From an uncultured Chloroflexia bacterium (GTDB lineage: Bacteria > Chloroflexota > Limnocylindria > Limnocylindrales > CSP1-4), in NCBI GenBank assembly GCA_963713975.1, contig OY970218.1, positions 2,720,001 to 2,784,000 on the forward strand: a stretch of 64,000 nucleotides of DNA. Reading direction: 5' to 3'. How positions within the stretch are numbered: the stretch's first letter is position 1; the number at the start of each line of letters is the position of its first letter. The notes beneath the pieces are model-generated. The model was given only the letters and a program-made list of their open reading frames with translations, made no database searches and was not told the origin of the DNA. Shown piece by piece: positions 47,023 through 56,126 of the stretch. Made by a program: the position numbers and the translations under genes.

Positions 47023-48170
47023 CGGTCACTTCCGTACTTGTGCTTCATGACGGTGCTCACGGATGCCGAGATCGCCTTCCACTTCCGGCGTTCGGCGGCT
47101 CGGAGGAGGGGATCACCCTGGCGGGCGACGTGGGCTGCCTCCTTCTCCAGCTTGCGATGACTGGTAAGGCGGTCCCCGGACAACCGGCCGTCTGCCAGCG
47201 CGGCAAGGACCTCGCAGCCGGGCTCGCTCTGGTGACGGCAGTCGCCAAAGCGGCAGGACGTGGCGAGCGCTTCGATGTCGGCGAAGGCGGACCCCATCCC
47301 GTCGACGGCACCCGCGACGCCCAGGGAACGGATGCCCGGGGTGTCGATCAGGAGCGCGCCGCCCGGGAGGCGCACGAGCTCGCGATGGGTGGTGGTATGG
47401 CGGCCACGTGAATCGTTCTCGCGGACGGCGGCGGTGCGCAGGCGCTCGGCCCCCAGCAGGGCGTTGACGAGCGTTGACTTGCCCACGCCTGAGGATCCGA
47501 TCACGACCGCGGTGCGGCCCTGGCCGAGATGGGCGGCACGGAGGTCATCGACGCCGTCCCCGGTCAGGGCCGACACGCCTCGCACCTCGACGCCGGGCGC
47601 GACGGCCTCTGCCGCCAGCCGCAGGCCGTCCAGGTCCGAGGCGACGTCCGCCTTGTTGAGCAGGATAACCGGGGTCGATCCGCCGCTCCAGGCCACCGCG
47701 AGATAGCGCTCGATACGCCGCAGGTTGAAGTCGCCGTCGAGCCCGGCGACGACGAATGCCACGTCCACGTTCGCTGCGAGGACCTGCTCATCGACGAGGC
47801 GGCCGCCGCCACGCCGGCTCGAGTCGCCGGTCGAGCGTCGGAACGCGGTGCGGCGGGGGAGGACGGCATGGATGACCGAGGTTCCCCTGCCCGGGCCGGG
47901 GATGTCGCCATCGACGAACGTGGCCGCAACCCAGTCGCCGACGGCCGGGAGGTCGCCGGGACCCAGGGCCTCGTGGCGCAGCCGGCCGGAGACGACCGCG
48001 TCACGATCACCGTCGGGCGTGGCCAGGATCCAGACGTCGCGGTGCGTGGCCACGACCCGGGCGGGTCGCCGTCCCGCCGCATCGAACGGCATGAAGGCGC
48101 TGGCCCAGCCCGGGTCCCAGCCGAGATCGGTGAGGGCCGCGGGGGCCGCGACCCTGGTCGGGTGGTCCAT
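47019..48170 (-). CDS. rsgA: Ribosome small subunit-dependent GTPase A (RsgA/EngC family)
   Basis: Circularly permuted G motifs NKAD, GSSGVGKS, GRHTTT, DTPG; C-terminal CRFGDCRH.EPGC. Confidence 0.95.
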   Translation of the reverse strand: MDHPTRVAAPAALTDLGWDPGWASAFMPFDAAGRRPARVVATHRDVWILATPDGDRDAVVSGRLRHEALGPGDLPAVGDWVAATFVDGDIPGPGRGTSVIHAVLPRRTAFRRSTGDSSRRGGGRLVDEQVLAANVDVAFVVAGLDGDFNLRRIERYLAVAWSGGSTPVILLNKADVASDLDGLRLAAEAVAPGVEVRGVSALTGDGVDDLRAAHLGQGRTAVVIGSSGVGKSTLVNALLGAERLRTAAVRENDSRGRHTTTHRELVRLPGGALLIDTPGIRSLGVAGAVDGMGSAFADIEALATSCRFGDCRHQSEPGCEVLAALADGRLSGDRLTSHRKLEKEAAHVARQGDPLLRAAERRKWKAISASVSTVMKHKYGSDR

Positions 48171-48172
48171 CG

Positions 48173-48976
48173 TCAGCCCACCCGCTTGAGCTTGCCGGTG
48201 CGCTTCGCATAGCGCTCGGCACGACCGAATGCCCACAGGCCCGTGGGGATGAGCACGATGCCCAGGACGAGCAGCGGCACGATGTCCCGGACGAGTGCGC
48301 TGAGTGGCACGCCGTCGAGGATCGAGGCCCTGACGCCGTCTAGCACGTACGTTGCCGGCGACAGCCTGGACAGCGCCTGCATCCACTCGGGCAGCACCTC
48401 GACCGGGTAGTAGACCCCGGACACGAGGAGCAGGCACGACTGGAGCACGAAGGTCATCTGCGCCCCGCGCTCCACGTAGAGCAGGGGCAGGATCGCGGCC
48501 ATCATGCCGATGCCCACGAAGCTGAACGATCCGAGCAGCACGAAGACCGCGGCGGTCGAGAGGTTGGCGACGTCCAGGTCCAGCTGCCGGTAGAACAGCA
48601 TCATGACCACGAGCATGGCTGCCGTATGCACCAGGCCGTAGCCCATCGCGTAGACGCAGGAGCCCAGGAGCTGGGTCCAACGCCTGACCGGCGCCATGAA
48701 GGTGTACTCGAGCGTGCCCTCCCAGCGCTCCACCGCGATCGTCTCGGCGATCCAGGAGAAGACGACCGACAGGTAGTTCCAGAAGACGGCGCCGATGATG
48801 AGCGTGAGCAGCAGCCGCTCGTTGCCCTCGGCGGCGCCGATCAGGCTGATCGAGAGGGCGCCGGCGACCGAGTAGACGAGGAAGGCGAGCTCCCACCCCC
48901 AGTAGCGGCGGGTGAGGAAGAAGTTGCGTTCGACGAAGGCGTATGACGCCTTCAGCTCGTGCGCGACGAGCGCCAC
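48173..48976 (-). CDS. ABC-2 type exporter permease
   Basis: ERWEGTLEYTFMAP, SGVYYPVEVLPEW, six TM segments. Confidence 0.92.
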   Translation of the reverse strand: MALVAHELKASYAFVERNFFLTRRYWGWELAFLVYSVAGALSISLIGAAEGNERLLLTLIIGAVFWNYLSVVFSWIAETIAVERWEGTLEYTFMAPVRRWTQLLGSCVYAMGYGLVHTAAMLVVMMLFYRQLDLDVANLSTAAVFVLLGSFSFVGIGMMAAILPLLYVERGAQMTFVLQSCLLLVSGVYYPVEVLPEWMQALSRLSPATYVLDGVRASILDGVPLSALVRDIVPLLVLGIVLIPTGLWAFGRAERYAKRTGKLKRVG

Positions 48977-49046
48977 GGGAAGGCTCCTTTCCGGGTGTCG
49001 CCCCCGGGTCCGGTTGCCCGGACCCGGGAGGCGTGGATGGCGGGGG

Positions 49047-49295
49047 TCATCCCTGCCACGCGGGGCTGGTCGTCGTGTCGCCGCCGACACGCCGGCCGAG
49101 CCGCACCAGCGACTCGCCCAGCTGGCGGCGGAGTGACCGCTCGGCCACGTGGGCCATGCGATCGGCATCGCGGATCGAACGCTGGAACGCCTGGCGCTCC
49201 TGGACGTCCGCGAGCCGGAGCTCGATGTGATGCACGTGAGTGTCCTTTCGGAAGGTGGAGTGAAGCCGGTTGGTCGGGGTTGACCGGGTGGTCAT
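49047..49295 (-). CDS. Small hypothetical protein (alternative GTG start at 49235)
   Basis: Strong AAGGAGGTG RBS; C-terminal RRQLGESLVRLGRR resembles ORF 10730-10927. Confidence 0.65.
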   Translation of the reverse strand: MTTRSTPTNRLHSTFRKDTHVHHIELRLADVQERQAFQRSIRDADRMAHVAERSLRRQLGESLVRLGRRVGGDTTTSPAWQG

Positions 49296-49317
49296 CGCGG
49301 CACCTCCTTTCGAGATG

Positions 49318-50271
49318 TCAATCGGGTGTGTCGGCGTCCTCCTCGACGTCCTCGTCGAGGGATCGGCCGGTGAAGGTCATGAACACAGCCTCGAGCGTCG
49401 CGGGCTGCCCGTGGCGCTCGGCGACGAGGCGCTTGAGGCCCTCGGGCGTGTCCTCGGCGACCACGCGACCCCCATCGAGGATCGTGATGTGGTCACAGAG
49501 GCGCTCCGCCTCCGCCAGGTCGTGCGTCGTGAGGACGATCGTCGCGCCGTGCTCGGCGTTGACCTCCTCAACGAACGCCTGGACGTCGAGCTTGCTCCGC
49601 GGGTCGAGACCCGTGGTCGGCTCATCGAGCAGCAGCAGGGCCGGGCTCGTCAGCAAGGCTCGCGCGATGGCGACCTTCTGCTGCATCCCCCGGCTCATCT
49701 GCTCCACGGGTCGGCCGAGACGGCTCTTCGCGATGCCGAGCCGGGCCAGGATCGCCGTCGCCTGCCGCTTCGCGTGACCGGCATCGAGGCCGTACAGGCG
49801 GGCGGCGAACAGCAGGTTCTCCATGGGGCTCAGCTTCTTGAAGAAGGCCGCATCGACCGACACCCGGTTGATGAGCCGCTTGACCGCGAGCTCGTCGCGC
49901 TCGAGGTCAAGGCCGAACACCTCCACGCGGCCCTCGTCCAGGGTCAGCAACCCGGAGACGAGGCGGATGAGGGTCGACTTGCCGGAGCCGTTGGCGCCCA
50001 GGACCCCATGGATCGTGCCTCGCTCCAGGCGGAGCGAGACGTCGTCGATCGCGAGGACCGGGGGCTTGCGCCGGTCGACGTTGAAGCGCTTGCTGACGTG
50101 CTCGACGAGCAATGCCGGCGGGCCGGCGGGGGTCTGGGGCCGGAGGGTGCTCGCCTCGGCGTCCGGACCGGCCGGGATCCGCGCGGCGGGCTCGAGGCCG
50201 GCCTGGCGGGTCGGCAGCGGGCTCGACGTCGGAGTGGTCGTCTTCGGTTCGGGTGCGAGGGTGGTGGTCAC
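49318..50271 (-). CDS. ABC transporter ATP-binding protein
   Basis: GANGSGKS, MSRGMQQK, LLLDEPTTGLD, TTH. Confidence 0.94.
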   Translation of the reverse strand: MTTTLAPEPKTTTPTSSPLPTRQAGLEPAARIPAGPDAEASTLRPQTPAGPPALLVEHVSKRFNVDRRKPPVLAIDDVSLRLERGTIHGVLGANGSGKSTLIRLVSGLLTLDEGRVEVFGLDLERDELAVKRLINRVSVDAAFFKKLSPMENLLFAARLYGLDAGHAKRQATAILARLGIAKSRLGRPVEQMSRGMQQKVAIARALLTSPALLLLDEPTTGLDPRSKLDVQAFVEEVNAEHGATIVLTTHDLAEAERLCDHITILDGGRVVAEDTPEGLKRLVAERHGQPATLEAVFMTFTGRSLDEDVEEDADTPD

Positions 50272-50405
50272 GAGACCCTCCTGCGGTGGATGGATGGCTT
50301 CGGGTTGTGAGCCGGTCCGCGCAGTCCCAGGCATGGGACGAGCCGCGGGCCCGATGTACGGGGGCCGGCGGCTCGGGGGTCGGTACGGGCATGGGATGCC
50401 TGCAC

Positions 50406-50441
50406 AAACAGAAAGAGCCGGGGCCCGGTGGCCCACGGCTC
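50406..50441 (-). terminator. Intrinsic terminator/attenuator in the ABC operon leader
   Basis: Minus strand GAGCCG-TGGGCC-ACC-GGGCCC-CGGCTC followed by TTTCTGTTT, 135 nt before the ATPase start. Confidence 0.8.
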
Positions 50442-50474
50442 GGTGGTCGCTCCTGGGGCGCTACGCCCCGCGTC

Positions 50475-50558
50475 CTACCTGCTGGTGGGCACACTCCTCC
50501 CGCCGACGGTGCCGAGGGCATCCGCCTTACGCGGGTAGAAAGCTGCGTTCTGCACCAT
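50475..50558 (-). CDS. Putative leader peptide MVQNAAFYPRKADALGTVGGRSVPTSR
   Basis: GGAGG RBS; stop codon 34 nt before the terminator; embedded in a long-range stem. Confidence 0.6.
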   Translation of the reverse strand: MVQNAAFYPRKADALGTVGGRSVPTSR

Positions 50559-50747
50559 GTGGCGTACCGCCTCCGGTTGTAGGACGTGACGAGCGACCTG
50601 CTCGACCGGCGCGGATACTACGCCCGCCACTCCGGGCTCGTCAAGGCCCAGCGCTGGACGAATGAATCGACGTACCGTTGGGCCGACGCGGAGCCGGTCG
50701 CGGGTCGCCCGCCCTCGCCGCGTGCCATTGCCTCTCGAGGTCAACCG

Positions 50748-51620
50748 ATGCGCCCGCTCATCCGGCTCGTGGCTCTCCTGGCCGTCGTCGTGGGTCTCGT
50801 CGCCTGCTCCGGGACTGCCGCCAGACCATCGCCCCGGCCGCAGGCCGACGCAAGCGGCGCCTGGCTCCAGGCGAGCAGCTCCCGGGCCATCCCGCCGGCG
50901 AACCGGTTCGCGATCGGCCCGTCGGCGGTGATCACCGGTGACGGCAGGTACGTGACCGCGGACCCAACCGATGCCGGTGGCCCGGAGTCGCTCCTGCCCG
51001 GCCTCGTCGAGCGCACCATCTCCGACGCCGGGCGCGATGCCATCCTCGCCGAGGCCGACCGCCTCGGCCTGCTGGGCGGCAAGACCGACTTTCGGGGCGC
51101 AGCCGCGATGCCTGGGGGCGCGGTCGGACGCCTCCAGCTGAAGGTCGACGGGACCGTCATCACGCTCCTGGGAGAGCCGGATTCGAAGCTCCTCTGCATC
51201 GCCGCGCCGTGCGACCCGCTGCCCGGAACGCCCGAGGCCTTCGGTGAGCTGTGGCGGATGCTGGCCGATCCGACGCCGTGGTTCACAAGCGAGCTCGGGC
51301 CCGAGGCGCCGTTCGTGGCGGATTCGTACGCTGTCCTTGTCGGGCAGGCACCGAACGCAGGTCCGGACCAGGGAGCCGGCGCACAGACCTGGCCGCTCGA
51401 CACCCCGCTAGCGACGTTCGGCGGCCCAGTGGTGAACGGCACGCTCCGGTGCGGCATTGTGGACGGCCCTGATGCGGACACGCTGCGCCCCGCGCTCGAG
51501 GCCGCGAACCAGACGACGGGGTGGGTGCAGGACGGGTCCTCGACGGCGACGTTCGACCTGGTCGTTCGCCCGATCGTTGCGGGCGAGGATCCCTGCGCGG
51601 ACACCTTCGGCGGTGGTTGA
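50748..51620 (+). CDS. Hypothetical lipoprotein
   Basis: Lipobox LVAC; full-length paralog of the next gene. Confidence 0.8.
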   Translation: MRPLIRLVALLAVVVGLVACSGTAARPSPRPQADASGAWLQASSSRAIPPANRFAIGPSAVITGDGRYVTADPTDAGGPESLLPGLVERTISDAGRDAILAEADRLGLLGGKTDFRGAAAMPGGAVGRLQLKVDGTVITLLGEPDSKLLCIAAPCDPLPGTPEAFGELWRMLADPTPWFTSELGPEAPFVADSYAVLVGQAPNAGPDQGAGAQTWPLDTPLATFGGPVVNGTLRCGIVDGPDADTLRPALEAANQTTGWVQDGSSTATFDLVVRPIVAGEDPCADTFGGG

Positions 51621-51725
51621 CCGGATCGGCCCCCGGCGGGCTTGAGGCAGGGCGACGTGGAACCCTCAGCCGGCGTGTGGCGTCTTGGCGCTGCGCCCCA
51701 CAAGCGAGAGGCTTTCGAGATCACG

Positions 51726-52631
51726 ATGCGCCCGATGTCACGCTTGGGCGGCGTCCGCCGGCTGGCGGTCCCGCTCCTGGTCGTCGCCCTTGTCAGCGCG
51801 TGCGGCGGTGGCGTCGCGTCGACCGCGACTCCGGCCGTCCAGCCGACGCCGGTCATCCCGTCGTCATCCCCGGATGCTGCCGGGGGCTACTGGCTCCGCA
51901 TGACCACCTTCCAGGCGATCCCGCCGGTCAACCTGTTCGCGGTTCCGCCGACCTCAACCATCACCGGCGATGGGCTCTACGTCGTCCAGGGTGCAGTCCC
52001 GGCGATCTTCCCCGGGCCGCTGGTCATGCCGCTGTTCGGGCGGCAGGTGAGCGAGGCCGGCCGCGCCCAGATCGTTGCCTGGGCTGATGAGCTTGGCCTG
52101 CTCGGGGGCCAGACCGACTTCACCGGAAGTGGTGGGTTGATGGGTGGCGTCACTGGCCGGATCGAGCTCACGGTCGATGACCAGCTCGTCACGCTCACGG
52201 GCCTTCCGGATGCACAGTCGCCGGATCCAGCCCCGGGCAGCCCGGAGGCATTTGGGGAGCTCTGGCGCCGGATCGCGAACCTGCCAGAGACGCTGCCCGC
52301 CGAGGTCGGACCGGAGTCCCCGTACGCCCCGACCGCCTACGCGATCCTTGTCGGGCCACCGCCGGACCCACAGGATGGCCTGACCTCGCCGATCGCGGAC
52401 TGGCCGCTCGAGACGCCGCTGGCGACGTTCGGAGGTCCGGTTGCCAATGGCACGTACCGCTGCGGGCTGGTGGACGGTGAGGATGCCGTCACGCTGCGGC
52501 CGGCCCTGGAGCAGGCCAACCAGCTGACCCAGTGGGTGCAGGACCCGGAGACCAGTGCCACCTTCGGGCTCACCGTCCGGCCGATCGTCGCCGGCGAGAA
52601 CCCGTGCCGGGAGATCTTCGGTCCGGGCTGA
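51726..52631 (+). CDS. Hypothetical lipoprotein (tandem paralog)
   Basis: Lipobox VSAC; shared ITGDG, LGLLGG.TDF, WPL.TPLATFGGPV.NGT.RCG and RPIVAGE.PC motifs. Confidence 0.8.
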   Translation: MRPMSRLGGVRRLAVPLLVVALVSACGGGVASTATPAVQPTPVIPSSSPDAAGGYWLRMTTFQAIPPVNLFAVPPTSTITGDGLYVVQGAVPAIFPGPLVMPLFGRQVSEAGRAQIVAWADELGLLGGQTDFTGSGGLMGGVTGRIELTVDDQLVTLTGLPDAQSPDPAPGSPEAFGELWRRIANLPETLPAEVGPESPYAPTAYAILVGPPPDPQDGLTSPIADWPLETPLATFGGPVANGTYRCGLVDGEDAVTLRPALEQANQLTQWVQDPETSATFGLTVRPIVAGENPCREIFGPG

Positions 52632-52657
52632 CCCGCGATCTCAGGTGGCGCGCGGCC

Positions 52658-53245
52658 TCAGGGAGCCCGCCGCACGACCACGCGCGGCCGTCCGCCCCCC
52701 GCCTTCGACGTCGTTGGGGACGCGACCTCGAACCCGGAGCGGAGGAACATGCCCACCGTCCCCATGTACGCCCCCGCCGAGGGCATCCGCTCGCCGCCCG
52801 TCTCGACCGGGAATCCCTCGAGGACTCGCGCGTCATGCTCCCGGGCATAGTCGATGGCCGCCTCCAGCAGTGCCCCGGCGACGCCCTCGCCACGGGCCCC
52901 ACGCGCAACGACGAAGCAGTTGACGACCCACACGCCGTCGCCCGGCAACTGGGGCAGCGTCCGTGATCGGGCGAGGCGCGGGAAGTCCTCGCGCGGCCCC
53001 AGCCCCACCCAGCCGATCGCCACGCCGTCGCGCATCGCCACGAGCCCGGGCGCCGGATCGGCTCCGACCAGCACCTCGAGGTCCGCGCGGTTCTCGGTCG
53101 GCGTAGTGTTGGACCAGTTGGCGCCCGGCTTCCTCCAGTACTGGCACCAACACCACTTCGGGTCGCCGCCTGACGAGAACAGCGTCGTGAGCGCTGGCCA
53201 ATTCCCAACGCTGAGCGGTTCGATCATGACGGCGCGGCCCTTCAT
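52658..53245 (-). CDS. GNAT acetyltransferase (CWC-motif family)
   Basis: WCWCQYWR, GWVGLGPR, VWVVNCFVV..RGEGVA. Confidence 0.9.
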   Translation of the reverse strand: MKGRAVMIEPLSVGNWPALTTLFSSGGDPKWCWCQYWRKPGANWSNTTPTENRADLEVLVGADPAPGLVAMRDGVAIGWVGLGPREDFPRLARSRTLPQLPGDGVWVVNCFVVARGARGEGVAGALLEAAIDYAREHDARVLEGFPVETGGERMPSAGAYMGTVGMFLRSGFEVASPTTSKAGGGRPRVVVRRAP

Positions 53246-53535
53246 CCGACCCGATCCGCTGCAGTGAGCAGTCCAATGAGGTAGGAGGCGTTTCGGCTGA
53301 CGTCCGCGTACGCACTGGGTCGTTTGCTGCCATCGGCCAGGTAGCGGGCGAGGAAGCGCTCCTGGGCCTTTCGGCCATCGCTCTGCCCGACGCCCGTTGA
53401 TACCGGCGTGAACACGAGCTCGCGGTCGCGGAAGACGCGCACGGTAAACAGGCGCCCCGTCACTGTCTCGAGAGGCTGGTCCTCGAGGCGTCGCGCGAGG
53501 TCCAGGAGATCGTCGACGTTAGCGATCCGGCTCAC
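53242..53535 (-). CDS. Small hypothetical protein
   Basis: 97-aa ORF overlapping neighbours on both sides (GTGA and ATGA). Confidence 0.55.
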   Translation of the reverse strand: MSRIANVDDLLDLARRLEDQPLETVTGRLFTVRVFRDRELVFTPVSTGVGQSDGRKAQERFLARYLADGSKRPSAYADVSRNASYLIGLLTAADRVG

Positions 53536-53786
53536 GGCAACGTTCTCTCGTTGGCAACAGTCCCGCCCGCCGCGAACAATTCGACGATGGTGGACCAGAG
53601 AGCATCGGAGGCGGGCGCGATCTCCATGTCGAGCATGATGACGCCTCGGTGATTCGCCGGTTGAGCCGTCAAGGACGGGCGGTCGGTGCCTCGATGGCCA
53701 AGGGGCCGCCGGGCGGACCGTGTGAGCTCCCGGCGATTGTCTGCCGCAGGTCGGCCGCCCACTGGGCGGGTCCAGGGGCCAGCGAG

Positions 53787-54110
53787 CTAGCCGTGACGGC
53801 CCGGCCCGGCGACCGTGCTGATGAGCATGGCGACCGCCAGCACGACGAGGCAGACGACGAAGCCGGCGATGATCGGCCGCCACGAGGGCCCGGGTCCGTC
53901 CAGCGGATTCCGCCCGGTGGTGCGCAGGGACCAGCCCTTCGTGCGCCAGGCCATCGCGAAGCTCGCGAACGCGACGAAGGCGAGGAGAGCCGCGGCCAGG
54001 GCCAGCAGGGGGGTACTGATCCCGGAGGTTGGCCCCACAAGGCCAGCGAGCATGGCGCCCCCCAGCAGGATCAGGCCGCCGACGAAGGCCCAGATGAGTG
54101 CACGCGACAT
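53787..54110 (-). CDS. Small membrane protein
   Basis: GGAG RBS; three hydrophobic segments. Confidence 0.6.
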   Translation of the reverse strand: MSRALIWAFVGGLILLGGAMLAGLVGPTSGISTPLLALAAALLAFVAFASFAMAWRTKGWSLRTTGRNPLDGPGPSWRPIIAGFVVCLVVLAVAMLISTVAGPGRHG

Positions 54111-54319
54111 GTGAGGGCTCCAGGATCGCCCCGGCGGACGGTCGGCGACTGTGCGACACGGTCGCCGGTGCCACAAGGACGCTGACGCATGCTTGCTCGT
54201 TGCAACGAGGTGTCCGTCCCGGCTCGGAGGTCACCCGTCCCCGGCATCGCGATCAACCCGAGGGTGGCGCGGTCACCTATGCTTGGAGCAGCACACCGTC
54301 ACCGGCTGGAGGATCCGCA

Positions 54320-54757
54320 ATGAACCGTCGCCTGGGCATCGCCACCGTATCCGCGACGATGATCGTGCTGGTCCTGGCGGGCTGTGGCGGCTCGGAAGAG
54401 TCACCGTCGGCCGAGCCGCCTGCTTCGGAGCCGCCGGCGACGGCCGCCCCGGCGACGGCCGCCCCGACCACCGCGCCCGAGGAAACCCCGGCGACGCTCG
54501 CCACGACGAGGGTGACGAGCGCGTGCGCCGGTGTCGGTGTCCGGGAGACGCCCGCGGTCGATGGCAAGCTCCTGGTCCGCCTCCAGATCGGGGTCAAGGT
54601 CCGCGTGACCGACACGGTCGTGGGCGACGCATACGAAGCGGGAGCCTGTGGCCAGGGCGGCGACAGCTGGATCGAGATCGACAGGGTCAACGGCAAGTCC
54701 GTGGAGTCCCTCTACGGCGTCCCGTACGCGTACGCGGCGGAGGGCTTCTTCAAGTAG
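54320..54757 (+). CDS. Lipoprotein with SH3b-like domain
   Basis: GGAGG RBS, lipobox LAGC, VGVRETP..DG...L..G.KV...W. Confidence 0.75.
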   Translation: MNRRLGIATVSATMIVLVLAGCGGSEESPSAEPPASEPPATAAPATAAPTTAPEETPATLATTRVTSACAGVGVRETPAVDGKLLVRLQIGVKVRVTDTVVGDAYEAGACGQGGDSWIEIDRVNGKSVESLYGVPYAYAAEGFFK

Positions 54758-54779
54758 GCGGACTCCCCGACGGCTGTCC

Positions 54780-55127
54780 TCAGCGGGCCGCGATCGCGGC
54801 GATCTCCACCCTGTAGTCGGGGGAGGCGAGCCGGGCCTCCACGGTCGCGCGGGCCGGCAGGTTCTCCATGTCGACCCACTCGTCCCAGGCCCTGTTCATG
54901 TGGTCGAAGGTCTCGATGTCCGTGAGCCACACGTTGACCATGAGAAGGCGCGACTTGTCCGTGCCCGCAGCGGCGAGATGCGCGTCGATCTGCGCCAGGA
55001 TGTCGCGGGTCTGCTCGTAGACGCCGTCCGTCGGTTCTGACCCGACGTGGCCGGCGAGGTAGACGGTGTCGCCATGGACGACGACCTCTGCGAAGCGGCG
55101 ACCGGGATCGATGCGGGAGATGGCCAT
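54780..55127 (-). CDS. RidA/YjgF family protein (YoaB-like)
   Basis: VYLAGHV, QTRDIL, MNRAWDEWV, PARATV, VEIAAIAA. Confidence 0.92.
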   Translation of the reverse strand: MAISRIDPGRRFAEVVVHGDTVYLAGHVGSEPTDGVYEQTRDILAQIDAHLAAAGTDKSRLLMVNVWLTDIETFDHMNRAWDEWVDMENLPARATVEARLASPDYRVEIAAIAAR

Positions 55128-55210
55128 CGGTTGCTCCGTGCGGCGGATGACTGGGCGTCATCGTCGCACGTCCGGGCACGATCCCGCCGTGAGCAGGTAG
55201 CCTCTGGACC

Positions 55211-56038
55211 GTGAGAGGGCGAGGTACCCGAGTGGATGATGGTGCGCGTGCGGCGGCGTCTATGGTGCGGGCCGGGATTCTGGACGCGGAGCTCGCGGCG
55301 TTGTTGTGGCTCCTGGTCCAGGCACGGACACCGGTGGTCGCGGTGGGGGAGTCGTCCACGGCCTGTGACGTGTTGATCGACGGTCTGATCGCGCAGCTTC
55401 CCGACGACGGCCGCCGGGTGGCGATCGCGCCGGACGACGATTTCGAGTGGCTGCCCGAGGCGGCCCAGCTGGGCTGGCGCCGGGAGCGATCGGCGGCGCG
55501 GTCGCCCGAGCACGACGTCTCGTCTGAGCACACCCAGCGGGCCGATCACGCCAGCCCGATCTCGCCCGCTGATGCCGTCCTGGTCGTCCATGGGCTGGGC
55601 ACGGGAAGCGGCGTCGACGGGCCGCGGGCGAGGATCGTCGTGAGGTCGCTCGCTCTGGGTTACGGGCTGCTCGCGACGATGCGCGGCGGGAGCCTGGAGG
55701 ACGCCCTCAACACGCTGCATGCGTCGGCCATCGGGACTGACCCGGACGAGCGCTCGCGACTGGGTGTGGTGCTGGTGGTAGCCGGGTCCGAGGACACCGC
55801 ACGGATCGTCGCCGCCCACTACGTCCGGCCCGTGGCCCTCGACACGCACGGGCACGTCCAACGGCTTCCGCCGGCCGTCCTCGCCACGTGGAATGACCCC
55901 GCCGGACGCTACGACCACTTTGCGTGGGGCGTGGCCGCGGACCTGGCCGGTCGGGTCGGGTTCGCGCCGGTCGAGCTCGAAGCCGAGGTGGCGCGCCGCT
56001 CAAACGTGATCGCGGACCTCGCGGCCGGGTCGGGCTGA
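55211..56038 (+). CDS. Degenerate type II/IV secretion ATPase (CpaF/VirB11) C-domain-like protein
   Basis: AGILDAELAALLWLLV..R.PVVAVG resembles the segment before the P-loop, but GKT is missing; GYGLLATM lacks the His box. Confidence 0.55.
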   Translation: MRGRGTRVDDGARAAASMVRAGILDAELAALLWLLVQARTPVVAVGESSTACDVLIDGLIAQLPDDGRRVAIAPDDDFEWLPEAAQLGWRRERSAARSPEHDVSSEHTQRADHASPISPADAVLVVHGLGTGSGVDGPRARIVVRSLALGYGLLATMRGGSLEDALNTLHASAIGTDPDERSRLGVVLVVAGSEDTARIVAAHYVRPVALDTHGHVQRLPPAVLATWNDPAGRYDHFAWGVAADLAGRVGFAPVELEAEVARRSNVIADLAAGSG

Positions 56039-56126
56039 ACACGGGCAACCCCTGCCCTGGCCGGGACGGGCTGCTAGGATCGGCATGGGCACCAATGGGC
56101 GCGCCCGACACAAGGAGAGCTTGCGC

